32,000 bases of DNA from Edaphobacter aggregans (GCF_003945235.1 NZ_RSDW01000001.1:2460001-2492000); one strand, 5' to 3'. Positions 1 to 8,434 are shown, counted from the stretch's first letter. Notes: generated by a model not told the origin, from the letters alone. Program-made: numbers and translations.

Positions 1-2
1 AC

Positions 3-2987
3 GCCCACCTTACCGCCGACTTCCAACTCCAGATCGGCGGCGCCACCGAAACCGTCACCGTCTCAGCCGTGACAGGCGAAACCCTCAACACCACCAGCGG
101 CGAAATCTCTCACGTCATCGACCCCAAGCAGGTCGCGAACCTCCCGCTCAATGGGCGCAACTACATTCAGCTGATGACCCTCATCCCGGGCGCCATCACC
201 ACCAATCCCGATAACTTCGCAATCACTACCAGCCTCGCGTCCAACACCCAATCTATCAACGGCAACCGTGCCGACTCCTCCAATCTCACCGTCGATGGCG
301 CCTACAACCAGGTCGCTGGCTCGAACTCCAGCTTGATGAATAACGTCAGCCCCGACTTCATTCAGGAAGTTAAGATTGCAACTTCGAACTTTTCCGCTGA
401 ATACGGCCGCACCTCTGGCCCCGCCTTCAATATCGTGACCAAGAGCGGCTCCAACGGCTTCCACGGCGGCGCCTTCTACTTCATGCGCAACAACTATCTG
501 GACGCCCGCAACTACTTCGCAGCCAAAAAGACGCAGCTCATCTATAACGACTTCGGTTACAGCATCGGCGGCCCTATCTTCCGCGACAAGCTCTTCTTCT
601 TCGGCGGCGAAGAGTGGCGTCGTTTGCGCCAGCAGGCAGCGCCCACGCGCTTTACCGTTCCTGACTCCGCTCAGCTCGCCGGCAACTTCTCTGGTTTGGG
701 ACAGCTCTTCTACCCTGGGACCAAGAATCCCATTCCCGGCAACAACATCGCCTCGATGATCACTCCAGATGGTCGCGCCATGGCCAACGTCTACAGTACG
801 ATGGTCGGGTTAGGGCTGAGTTATACCGATACAGTCACAGCGAACAACCTCACGCTGGCCCCTTCGAATCCGCTCAACTTCCGTCAGGACTTCGTTCGTC
901 TCGACTATCACCTCAACGACAGGCACTTCCTCTATGGCCGTTGGATCAACGACAACAACTCTCTGATCGATCCCTACGGAACCTTCTCAGACAGCGGAGT
1001 CCTGCCCACCACACCAACGCAGCGCAATCGTCCCGGACAGAGCTACCTCCTCAATCACACCTGGAACATCTCCCCAACCCTCATCAACCAGGCACAGGTC
1101 AACTTCAGCTGGGCCGCACAGCGTATTCCTCCCTACGGCGTCAACTGGCAACGTTCCACCTTCGGCTTCCAGTTCAACCGTCTCTATCCAGGCGGCGGAT
1201 CGTATCCCACCGGAATCCCTAAGGTCACGATCACCGGCTTCGCGCCATTCCAGGGCCCCAACTTTGCCCTCAAGTCGCCGACAACGGATATCGAGCTTGG
1301 CGATTCGATCTCCTTCATCAAGGGCAACCACCTCATCAAGGCCGGCGTCATCGTCATCCGCGATCGCGTCGATCAGAACGGCCGCCCCTACTACACCGGC
1401 AACATCAACTTCAACGGAAGCAACGCCTCACTCACCACGGGCAACGCGATGGCCGACGCTCTCATCGGCAACTTCGCCAGCTACTCCGAAGCTAGCTCCG
1501 ACCCAACCGGACACTTCCGCTTCACCCAACCCGAAGCCTTCGTCCAGGACTCCTGGAGAATGCTCCGTAACCTCAGCATCGAGTACGGCATCCGCTTCCA
1601 GTACATCCAGTCCATGTACACGCAGGGCAACAACATGGGCAACTTCGATCCCTCGGTGTACGCAGCTGGCACCCCCGTGCAGCTCAACACCAACGGAACA
1701 CTTGTTCCCAACTCCGGCAATCCTTACAACGGACTCGTTCGTGCTGGAAGCGGCATCCCCTCCGATCAGGTCCAGCGCGTACCCAACGTCAACACCGCGC
1801 TCTTCCCGCTCATCCCGGCTGGAGCACCTCGCGGTCTCTACAATATGAATGGAGCTGTAGGGCCGAGGTTCGGTTTCGCTTACGCTGCGGATGAGAAGAC
1901 CTCCATTCGCGGTGGCTACGGAGTCTTCTTCTTCCGTCCCGAAGGCAACCTGACCTTTAGCCAGGTCAACGTCGCGCCGTTCCTCTCCAACACGGAGTTC
2001 GACAACGGCAACCTCGCCACGCTGGGCACTGGCACACCGAACACCAGCGCAATTCAGGGCACCATTACCGCGATCAATCCCCACCTGATCAACCCCTACG
2101 TCCAACAGTACAGCCTCGGCGTGCAGCGTCAGCTCCCCTACGACATCCTGCTCGAAACCTCCTACGTAGGAAACGTCGGACGCCACCTAGTGCGCCAGCC
2201 AAACGTCAACTTCCCCAGCCTCACTGGCACCGCGGCAAATCCCACCTTCAGCACCAACTACTTCAATCCGTACAAGGGCTATAGCACTATCAGTATGTGG
2301 TTGAGCGACTCCACCACCAACTACAACTCGCTGCAGCTCTACGCCGTCAAACGTGCTGGCCGGGTCACCTTCACCGCCGGTTACACCTACGCCAAGAACC
2401 TCGGCGACTCCTCCAGCAACAACGTGACGCTGGAGAACTGGCAGAACATTCCCTACAACTATGGCTCTCTTAGCATCGATCGCAAACACGCCTTTGTAGG
2501 AACGGCTGTCTGGCAGATCGCCGAACTCAGAGGTCAGAACATGATGGTGAGGGAAGTCCTTGGCGGCTGGCAGTTGAGCGGAGTAGGACGCGCTCAGAGC
2601 GGCCCCTACTACTCCATCACCAGCAGCACCGCGACCGGCACCCGCCGTTCGGACTTCCTCGGTGGCCCCTATCTCGTTCAGAGCGGCCGCAACGCAAACA
2701 ACTACATCAACAAGGCTGCATTCGGCACCCCACCGGCCACCCGCTTCGGCAACTCGGGTGTTGCTCCAGTAGAAGGCCCGGGCTTGCAGCAGATTGACGC
2801 CACACTGGCAAAGACCTTCGCCGCCGAAAGGCGCGTGCAGGCCAGGTTCCAGTGGGACATGTTCAACGTCCTGAACCGCACCAACTACTCCAACCTCAAC
2901 GCAACAACAACGGCGAGCAGCTTCGGAACGATCTCCGCTGCCTACCCACCAAGGCAGATGCAGTTCGGACTCAGAATCATCTTCTAA
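3..2987 (+). CDS. TonB-dependent outer-membrane receptor (Acidobacterial CarboxypepD_reg/plug/barrel type), 5' end outside window
   Basis: The frame is open from the window edge (AHLTADFQLQIGGATETVTVSAVTGE...), so the GVG/M at 69 is not the real start. It has the LPLNGRNY plug-region motif. The long sequence is rich in Asn/Gly/Tyr/Ser, as in beta-barrels. It ends ...MQFGLRIIF with a terminal aromatic residue typical of OM barrels. Confidence 0.85.
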   Translation, partial: AHLTADFQLQIGGATETVTVSAVTGETLNTTSGEISHVIDPKQVANLPLNGRNYIQLMTLIPGAITTNPDNFAITTSLASNTQSINGNRADSSNLTVDGAYNQVAGSNSSLMNNVSPDFIQEVKIATSNFSAEYGRTSGPAFNIVTKSGSNGFHGGAFYFMRNNYLDARNYFAAKKTQLIYNDFGYSIGGPIFRDKLFFFGGEEWRRLRQQAAPTRFTVPDSAQLAGNFSGLGQLFYPGTKNPIPGNNIASMITPDGRAMANVYSTMVGLGLSYTDTVTANNLTLAPSNPLNFRQDFVRLDYHLNDRHFLYGRWINDNNSLIDPYGTFSDSGVLPTTPTQRNRPGQSYLLNHTWNISPTLINQAQVNFSWAAQRIPPYGVNWQRSTFGFQFNRLYPGGGSYPTGIPKVTITGFAPFQGPNFALKSPTTDIELGDSISFIKGNHLIKAGVIVIRDRVDQNGRPYYTGNINFNGSNASLTTGNAMADALIGNFASYSEASSDPTGHFRFTQPEAFVQDSWRMLRNLSIEYGIRFQYIQSMYTQGNNMGNFDPSVYAAGTPVQLNTNGTLVPNSGNPYNGLVRAGSGIPSDQVQRVPNVNTALFPLIPAGAPRGLYNMNGAVGPRFGFAYAADEKTSIRGGYGVFFFRPEGNLTFSQVNVAPFLSNTEFDNGNLATLGTGTPNTSAIQGTITAINPHLINPYVQQYSLGVQRQLPYDILLETSYVGNVGRHLVRQPNVNFPSLTGTAANPTFSTNYFNPYKGYSTISMWLSDSTTNYNSLQLYAVKRAGRVTFTAGYTYAKNLGDSSSNNVTLENWQNIPYNYGSLSIDRKHAFVGTAVWQIAELRGQNMMVREVLGGWQLSGVGRAQSGPYYSITSSTATGTRRSDFLGGPYLVQSGRNANNYINKAAFGTPPATRFGNSGVAPVEGPGLQQIDATLAKTFAAERRVQARFQWDMFNVLNRTNYSNLNATTTASSFGTISAAYPPRQMQFGLRIIF

Positions 2988-3002
2988 CCTGACCAAACAA
3001 AA

Positions 3003-3042
3003 AATGGGCGGGGATTGCAGCCGTAAGCAATCTCCGCCCATT
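3003..3042. terminator. Strong hairpin between convergent genes (bidirectional intrinsic terminator candidate)
   Basis: AATGGGCGGGGATTGC (3003-3018) pairs with GCAATCTCCGCCCATT (3027-3042), with one wobble/mismatch. On the minus strand it is followed by TTTTTGTTTGG. It lies between the receptor stop (2987) and the blaR1-like stop (3066). Confidence 0.7.
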
Positions 3043-3065
3043 CCAGCTTAACGAGCCGTTCACAC

Positions 3066-5156
3066 TCAATTCGCCGAAGGCCTCTCGACACGGTCAATCA
3101 CAATCACATCTACCGGAGCTTTGGTCGATACCAGCTTCAACCCCAACTGTTCCTGAATCGCGGTGAAAAGGTCCGGCGGAGCATCAGAGCTTTCCGTCGC
3201 CGAATGCATCTCCTCCGGCGTCCACCTCAACCTCAAGTCAAACCTTCCTGCGAGTTCGGTCTGATCCACCACTGGCCGGTCCAGAGCGCCCTGTTGCATT
3301 GCTCCGGCAACATCCGCCATCGTTGCGTTCGTCGCGCCCATATTTCCCGGCGGTCCGAATCCTAGACCTGGGAGTTGGCTAGGATCGCCCTGGCTTCTGG
3401 TCAGTTTGGGACCAGTCTTTGCGACCGTGAGCGCGTACACGCTCAGTTCTCGCTTTTCATAATGAAATTTGAGCTGAAACCGATCCGCCACCAGCTTTCT
3501 GACCATCAATTGCCATTGCTTGATGCTTGGTTCACCCTCGCCATCGGGTACAGCGGAGATATCGTACGTCTCCGAACTAAACCAATCGGGTGCGCCCGCA
3601 ATCTCGCGTCGTTGGAGTCCATAGGCAAACTGGATCAGTTGGCTCAGAGAAATGTGAGTGACCGAAAAGCGGTGCGGATCAAACCAGAATCTCGGTCCAT
3701 GTTCATCAGGACTGCCTGGCTTGATCGTGGCGACTTCAAATGTCGGATTCGCGTCCGCAGCCATGGGAGCCAAGCGCCGTGGAGGCTGGGGAATCGTCCA
3801 CTCAGTCTCTAGCGTGGCGCGTGCAAAATTCAGCGGCAGCGGATTCTGTCCTTGCCTCCACATCCCTGTGATGGAGTTGCCATCGGCGCCCAGAGTGCCT
3901 TCGTATGTGGCAAAGGGAAGATCGATCTTTAGCAAAGAGCCCTTGAACGTGGCGGAAATCGCAGGTATGCCGCCCGTTGGCCCGTCGATGTTGTAGAAGA
4001 TAGCCCTCAACATCGCGTCATCCACCGTCGTGATTTTAACCACAAAGCGTAAGTCTCTATCCGTATGCAGTGTCCCCTGCCAGGTAGCGGCGATGTTCTT
4101 GGCTGGGTTTGCCGGCGCGGATTGAGCCCGAACTTCCGCAACCCTGCCCTCCGTAATATGCAGTAGCCCAAAGACCATCGGAACAGAGATCGCCGCGATC
4201 CCAACGGTGCTTAGCAGTAGTTTTCGGCTCAAATCCAATTTGAGCGTCACCTGATTCGTCATGATGCGAAGAATGCGCTGCTTCAGTTCCGAACCCGTAA
4301 CGCCCGAAATGCATGCGAGGGTAGACTCGGTATAAAACTTGCAGACGTTGAGAATACTCTCTGCATAAACTTCCGCTTCATTGCCGAGCTGCAAAACCGC
4401 TTCATCGCAGGCCCGCTCGCGCTCTTCAATCAGGCGTCGCTCTATCCACCAGACTCCCGGATGAAACCAGAAGATCGCTTCGACCGCCATGTGGATCGCA
4501 GCCGTAAGATTATCGCGACGTAGGACATGGCAATTCTCGTGCGCCAGGATACTGCGAAGCTGGGGCGCCGGAAGTCGATCCACTATTTTTTCTGGCAGCA
4601 GAAGTACCGGACGGATAATGCCGACGATTCCGGGTTCGATCATGCGCGAAGTTGAGAAAACTGGCACATCGATCGGCAGGGGCATTCGAGAAGCCGACCG
4701 CAGCATAGAGCGAATTGCCCACCAGTCGCGCGACCAGCGCAGAAGTAGGAAAAGGAATCCGCACAGCCACAGAACCACAAAAATCTCAGGAAGAAGACTA
4801 CCGTGGTGAGGAGCCGAAGCAACAGTCGCTGGCTCGGCAAAAGCAGTCGTGAACGACTCCGAACTCTGTGGGCTCTGCAAAAAAGGATGTGCCATCTTCA
4901 CCATGGCGCTGGCAAGCTGCGGGCTCCCTATCGGAGACATGCTCGCAGGACGAAGCCAATCACCGATCGCAGCCAGCAGCGAGAATGGCACAAGCAGCTT
5001 GAGAGACGCCGTCATCCAAATCCAGTAGCGCGTCCGCGCCTGGTTACGCTTCAACAGCAGCGTCAGCAGCCACGCCACTAGCATCACCAGCGTCGATTGC
5101 CATAAATGATTGACGATTGCTGCCGACCAGCTTTCTTTCCAGAGCTCGGTGAACAT
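3066..5156 (-). CDS. BlaR1/peptidase M56 family membrane sensor-protease fused to TIGR03435/DUF3738-type C-terminal domain
   Basis: 696 aa. The N-terminal multi-TM region contains an HEXXH zinc motif (AHENCHVLRRDN). The C-terminal part has FEVATIKPGSPDE..., AYGLQRREIAGAPDWF and ...QLGLKLVSTKAPVDVIVIDRVERPSAN, the pattern I know for the soil-bacterial TIGR03435 family. Its ATG lies 2 nt after the blaI-like stop. Confidence 0.85.
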   Translation of the reverse strand: MFTELWKESWSAAIVNHLWQSTLVMLVAWLLTLLLKRNQARTRYWIWMTASLKLLVPFSLLAAIGDWLRPASMSPIGSPQLASAMVKMAHPFLQSPQSSESFTTAFAEPATVASAPHHGSLLPEIFVVLWLCGFLFLLLRWSRDWWAIRSMLRSASRMPLPIDVPVFSTSRMIEPGIVGIIRPVLLLPEKIVDRLPAPQLRSILAHENCHVLRRDNLTAAIHMAVEAIFWFHPGVWWIERRLIEERERACDEAVLQLGNEAEVYAESILNVCKFYTESTLACISGVTGSELKQRILRIMTNQVTLKLDLSRKLLLSTVGIAAISVPMVFGLLHITEGRVAEVRAQSAPANPAKNIAATWQGTLHTDRDLRFVVKITTVDDAMLRAIFYNIDGPTGGIPAISATFKGSLLKIDLPFATYEGTLGADGNSITGMWRQGQNPLPLNFARATLETEWTIPQPPRRLAPMAADANPTFEVATIKPGSPDEHGPRFWFDPHRFSVTHISLSQLIQFAYGLQRREIAGAPDWFSSETYDISAVPDGEGEPSIKQWQLMVRKLVADRFQLKFHYEKRELSVYALTVAKTGPKLTRSQGDPSQLPGLGFGPPGNMGATNATMADVAGAMQQGALDRPVVDQTELAGRFDLRLRWTPEEMHSATESSDAPPDLFTAIQEQLGLKLVSTKAPVDVIVIDRVERPSAN

Positions 5157-5158
5157 GG

Positions 5159-5554
5159 CTACTTCTCCTTCGAAGAAAGTTGCCGCAACATCTTCTCTGC
5201 CTCTTTCACGTCTGCAAGAGACAACTTGCCGCCTTTGATCAGGTGCGCCATCACAAGCTGGGAGCGGCCGCCGAACAGCGTCAGCAAATCATCAACCAAG
5301 CGGCGCTGGGCAGCGTCTCGCGTGATCGAAGCTGCAAAAAGGTGGAAGTTTCCCACCTTCCTCACCCGGCGCACGATTCCTTTCGCCTCCAGCCGGTAAA
5401 CCATGGTCTGAATCGTGGTGTAGGCTGGCCGCGGCTCTGCGGGAAAGGACTCTTGTATCTCTCGAAGGGAAATCTCGCTCTTCTCCCACAGCGCCTCCAT
5501 GATCTGGTATTCCATCCTGGACAACTTCGGAGCGGGCACATTCGCCTCCTTCAT
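5159..5554 (-). CDS. BlaI/MecI/CopY family transcriptional repressor
   Basis: MKEANVPAPKLSRMEYQIMEALWEKSEISLREIQESF... is a winged-helix N-terminus typical of the family. It is translationally coupled to the downstream M56 gene. I prefer the ATG at 5554 over the track start (GTG 5608), because a TTGACA-N17-TAATTG promoter lies between them. Confidence 0.8.
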   Translation of the reverse strand: MKEANVPAPKLSRMEYQIMEALWEKSEISLREIQESFPAEPRPAYTTIQTMVYRLEAKGIVRRVRKVGNFHLFAASITRDAAQRRLVDDLLTLFGGRSQLVMAHLIKGGKLSLADVKEAEKMLRQLSSKEK

Positions 5555-5567
5555 ACTTATGTCGGTA

Positions 5568-5596
5568 CAATTACTACTCGTGTATGTTTTTGTCAA
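5568..5596 (-). promoter_or_regulatory. Candidate sigma70 promoter of the blaI-blaR1 operon with overlapping TACA-N11-TGTA dyad (possible BlaI operator)
   Basis: On the minus strand: TTGACA (5596-5591), a 17-nt spacer, then TAATTG (5573-5568), about 13 nt before ATG 5554. The dyad TACA/TGTA (5566-5569 and 5581-5584) spans the spacer and -10. Confidence 0.45.
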
Positions 5597-5647
5597 GGAA
5601 GGCGCCACACACGCGCACGTTGCCCTTGCCGTTGCCTGTTCTTCTAG

Positions 5648-5720
5648 TTGTCATCCCGTAGGGATCTGCTTCTGTAGTTGTCGTTGCTCTTGTGATCCCC
5701 AAAAGGGATCAGCTTCTGTC
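5648..5720. repeat. Two tandem REP-like hairpin units
   Basis: Unit 1 is AGTTGTC-ATCCC-GTA-GGGAT-CTGCTTCTGT. Unit 2 is AGTTGTC...GATCCC-CAAAA-GGGATC-AGCTTCTGT. Each is a short GC hairpin followed by the shared GCTTCTGT tail. Confidence 0.4.
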
Positions 5721-5849
5721 CTTACACCCCCAAAACAGGTCATCCACCAACCGCAATAGCCACACTTTTCACCACGAGCTAACCACAAAACACCACGCGC
5801 AACACGCAAAAAACCCAACAAAACCAACCCTCCACCACACCAAAAAAAT

Positions 5850-5895
5850 CCGCACAAAAAAACAAAAACCGCGAGGGGCAGATTACCCCTCGCGG
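5850..5895 (-). terminator. Rho-independent terminator of the LysM gene
   Basis: The 10-bp stem CCGCGAGGGG (5869-5878) pairs with CCCCTCGCGG (5886-5895). On the minus strand it is followed by TTTTTGTTTTTTTGTG. It sits 20 nt after the LysM stop. Confidence 0.8.
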
Positions 5896-5914
5896 CCTCC
5901 GTCACCTTCAAACC

Positions 5915-6190
5915 TTACCCAAGCACAGGCACATTGATCTGCTGCCCAGCCTGAATCCTGTCCGGGTTATCAATCCCGTTCGCAGCAGCTATCTCGTTGT
6001 ATTTGTTAGCCGTCCCATAGAACAGCTTACTCACCTTCGACAAGTTGTCCCCCGTCTTGATGATGTAAGGCTGCTCTGCCCCACCCGTCGTCACAATCTC
6101 ATGCTTCAGATCCGAATACGTAGGATCCACCTGCTTAATCACATCCCAAACCCGATTCGCAATCACCGTCGAAGGCACAACGCCTTTCAA
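5915..6190 (-). CDS. LysM peptidoglycan-binding domain protein (BON-like plus LysM, YgaU/Kbp-like C-terminal part)
   Basis: YIIKTGDNLSKVSKLFYGTANKYNEIAAANGIDNPDRIQAGQQINVP is a canonical LysM domain. The preceding LHLKGVVPSTVIANRVWDVIKQVDPTYSDLKHEI resembles a BON-type segment. The track start is a TTG with no SD. Confidence 0.8.
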   Translation of the reverse strand: MKGVVPSTVIANRVWDVIKQVDPTYSDLKHEIVTTGGAEQPYIIKTGDNLSKVSKLFYGTANKYNEIAAANGIDNPDRIQAGQQINVPVLG

Positions 6191-6288
6191 ATGAAGCTGT
6201 TCCCCACCTTCGCGCCGTACTCCGCGTAGCCTTCAATCGTAGCAATCACCGGATCGTACTTCTGCTTCAAAGCATCAAGATCAGCCAT
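5915..6288 (-). pseudogene. Same gene including a 33-codon 5' segment in another frame (apparent 1-nt frameshift or homopolymer error)
   Basis: ATG at 6288 has a strong SD (GAGGAGAGTTGTG-ATG) and opens MADLDALKQKYDPVIATIEGYAEYGAKVGNSFI*, stopping at 6187. Shifting frame at the C4 run (6202-6205) joins ...YGAKVG to EQLHLKGVVPS... of the LysM ORF. Confidence 0.5.
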
Positions 6289-6380
6289 CACAACTCTCCT
6301 CTGTCAGCCTGCGCCAACGTCATTCGTGCCATTGGAAACCTATGCCGGGAAGAACCGCAACGCCAGCCTGACTCGCTCGA

Positions 6381-6797
6381 CTAGACCAGCTTGCCCAGAA
6401 ACTGCTGCGCCAGACCGCCCAGAGAACCCTGCTCCGCAGCCTGCCCATTTGGCGCAAAGTGTTGAATCGCCATCGGCAAAATCGTCGCCAGCGCAGTCTG
6501 CACAATCTGCGGCGATACACCCGCGCGCTCCGCTGTCTTCTCGATAAGGCCGGTTCCACTCAGCCCCTGCTGTACCTGCTCGGGGGTCGCTGTAGCATTC
6601 TGCCCGGTGCTCCATGCGCCGACATGCTCTTCCATCCCATTCTGTTTGAAGCTGTTCAGCAGCCCCTGAATTCCCTCAGGATGCTGCGTCAACGCCTCAA
6701 TAAAACCACCCGCTACCTTAGCCTGATCCGTCCCGGCAGCCTGTCCAGCCTGTCCGGCTAAAGCCTGAATCGTATCCAGAATTCCCATCTCAGACAC
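6381..6797 (-). CDS. YidB-like protein (DUF937 family)
   Basis: 138 aa, rich in Gly/Gln/Ala. It has ...LLNSFKQNGMEEHVGAWSTGQNATATPEQVQQGLSG...ERAGVSPQIVQTALATILPMAIQHF, the pattern I associate with YidB/DUF937. Confidence 0.65.
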   Translation of the reverse strand: MSEMGILDTIQALAGQAGQAAGTDQAKVAGGFIEALTQHPEGIQGLLNSFKQNGMEEHVGAWSTGQNATATPEQVQQGLSGTGLIEKTAERAGVSPQIVQTALATILPMAIQHFAPNGQAAEQGSLGGLAQQFLGKLV

Positions 6798-6928
6798 CTC
6801 AACACAGTTGAATTTTGATCGGAAAAATAGCCCAGCACTGTCAGATGGCTCCTTTTCTCACCGAGCCGTCCGCAAGCCAGGAATATTTATCAATCCGTCA
6901 TCATCCTGCCCCACGAATCACCGCCAAA

Positions 6929-7510
6929 TCACGCCCGTTTGGAGGTTTTCTTCGCCACCGCCTTCTTCACTGCCTTCTTTACTGAGACCTTCTTCAATGC
7001 CTTTTTAGGAGCCAACTTCTTTGCTGCCTTGGCAGGAGTTGTCCTCTTCTCCCCGGCAACTCTCTTCTTAGCCGGAGCCTTCTTCCCTGCCGCCCCCTTA
7101 CCCGGAGTCTTGGCCACCTCTGCTCCGTTCCCGCTCGATTTCCCTGCCTCATGCGAATTCATCAACCGCTCGATTTGTTCCAGCAAAATCCGCGTATGCA
7201 TGGGCTTCACCAACATCTTGTCGGCGCCCATCTCCTGCCAGTCTTCGTCCGCCAGCGGAAACGCCGTCAGCAGTGCCACCGCGGGATGATACGCCGCCTC
7301 GCGCGCAGTTCGGATCACCTCGGCTCCCGCCTCGTCATTCTCCATTCGCATGTCGGTGATCACCATGTTGTATTCGTTCTTGCGCAGCTTGAACTTGCCG
7401 TCACGCGCGGAAGCGGCCGTATCCACATCAAACCCGCTGATCTCCAGGATTGCCTTCATCGTCAACAGCACAGCCACTTCATCATCCACCAGCAGGATCC
7501 GACGTTTCAT
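6929..7510 (-). CDS. Response regulator receiver domain with Lys/Ala-rich histone-H1-like C-terminal tail
   Basis: The start MKRRILLVDDE is at ATG 7510; the track start at 7630 is upstream. The REC residues are present: DD, ITDMRM, LLTAF, LVKP. The last ~70 aa are AKK/KKA repeats (GKKAPAKKRV...AKKLAPKKALKKVSVKKAVKKAVAKKTSKRA). Confidence 0.85.
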   Translation of the reverse strand: MKRRILLVDDEVAVLLTMKAILEISGFDVDTAASARDGKFKLRKNEYNMVITDMRMENDEAGAEVIRTAREAAYHPAVALLTAFPLADEDWQEMGADKMLVKPMHTRILLEQIERLMNSHEAGKSSGNGAEVAKTPGKGAAGKKAPAKKRVAGEKRTTPAKAAKKLAPKKALKKVSVKKAVKKAVAKKTSKRA

Positions 7511-7659
7511 TGCAGGCCCTCTCTCAGACTTTCTTACAATACACACCTTGCACAGAACACGTCCTTGGATGAAGGCCGACCATCCAACCGTTGTCCCCGG
7601 CCCATCCTGCGTCCCATTCTTCTCATACAACCAACCGTAGGCGGAAAGCAGCTAAGTGG

Positions 7660-7665
7660 TATACT
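7660..7665 (+). promoter_or_regulatory. Candidate -10 box (TATACT) upstream of infC
   Basis: TATACT lies ~88 nt upstream of the proposed ATT start. The -35 is weak (TAGGCG, 17 nt upstream). Confidence 0.25.
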
Positions 7666-7752
7666 TCTTGTTCCAGCGCAACCGAGCAAGCAAGGTGCGC
7701 CAACCCAAAAACAACGCATGGCGAGCCCGATAAAGCCGCTGTGGAGGGACCT

Positions 7753-8382
7753 ATTCCACCAATCGATAAACGTTCCGCAAAGTCTTTCATCCGCACCAAC
7801 GAACGCATCCGCGCACGCGAAATCCGTGTCATCGACGAGAACGGCGAACAACTCGGCGTTATGCCTCCGTTCGAAGCACTCAAAATGGCCCGTGAGCGTT
7901 CCCTTGACCTCGTAGAGATCTCTCCCAACGCCGTCCCGCCAGTCTGCAAAATCCAGGACTACGGCAAATTCCTTTACGAGAAGGACAAGAGCGACCGCGC
8001 CGCCCGCAAGAAGCAGAAGGTCATCGTAATCAAAGAGGTCAAGTTCTCCGTCACCGTAGACGAGCACGACTACCAGACCAAAAAAAATCAGGCTGTTCGC
8101 TTCCTCGGCGATGGCGACAAGGTCAAGGCTTCGCTTCGCTTCAAGGGCCGTCAGATGGCCCACCGCGATCTCGGCTACAAGATTATCAATCGCCTCATCC
8201 TCGATATCGGGGACGCTGGCACGGTTGAGTTTATGCCCCGCATGGAGGGAACAACACTCCACGCCATCCTTGCCCCGTCCAAAAAAGCTGAGGCCGCCCC
8301 GAAAAAGCCCGCTACTGCCTCGGCACCTTCACCTTCGAAGCCCGTCGAGCCCGCCGCACAACCCGCCCCGACCACCGCTTAA
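7753..8382 (+). CDS. infC: Translation initiation factor IF-3, ATT start codon
   Basis: ...IRTNERIRAREIRVIDENGEQLGVM...LDLVEISPNAVPPVCKIQDYGKFLYEK...LRFKGRQMAHRDLG... aligns along its length with E. coli IF3. There is no in-frame ATG near the conserved N-terminus. GGAGGG (7743-7748) sits 4-5 nt before in-frame ATT 7753, giving an N-terminal length like E. coli IF3. The protein ends in a Pro/Ala/Lys-rich tail. Confidence 0.85.
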   Translation: MPPIDKRSAKSFIRTNERIRAREIRVIDENGEQLGVMPPFEALKMARERSLDLVEISPNAVPPVCKIQDYGKFLYEKDKSDRAARKKQKVIVIKEVKFSVTVDEHDYQTKKNQAVRFLGDGDKVKASLRFKGRQMAHRDLGYKIINRLILDIGDAGTVEFMPRMEGTTLHAILAPSKKAEAAPKKPATASAPSPSKPVEPAAQPAPTTA

Positions 8383-8408
8383 AAAGTCAATTCCTCACCC
8401 TCGAACGT

Positions 8409-8434
8409 AGGCTAAGTCCTCAGGGGCTTAGCCT
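8409..8434 (+). terminator. Hairpin after infC (weak terminator candidate)
   Basis: AGGCTAAGTCC-TCA-GGGGCTTAGCCT. No clear T-tract follows. Confidence 0.35.

Noticed and set aside
7534-8262. A 242-aa minus-strand ORF and a 254-aa plus-strand ORF (7151-7915) around infC and the response regulator
   Set aside because: They overlap the supported infC and REC genes in antisense or alternate frames and have no motifs.
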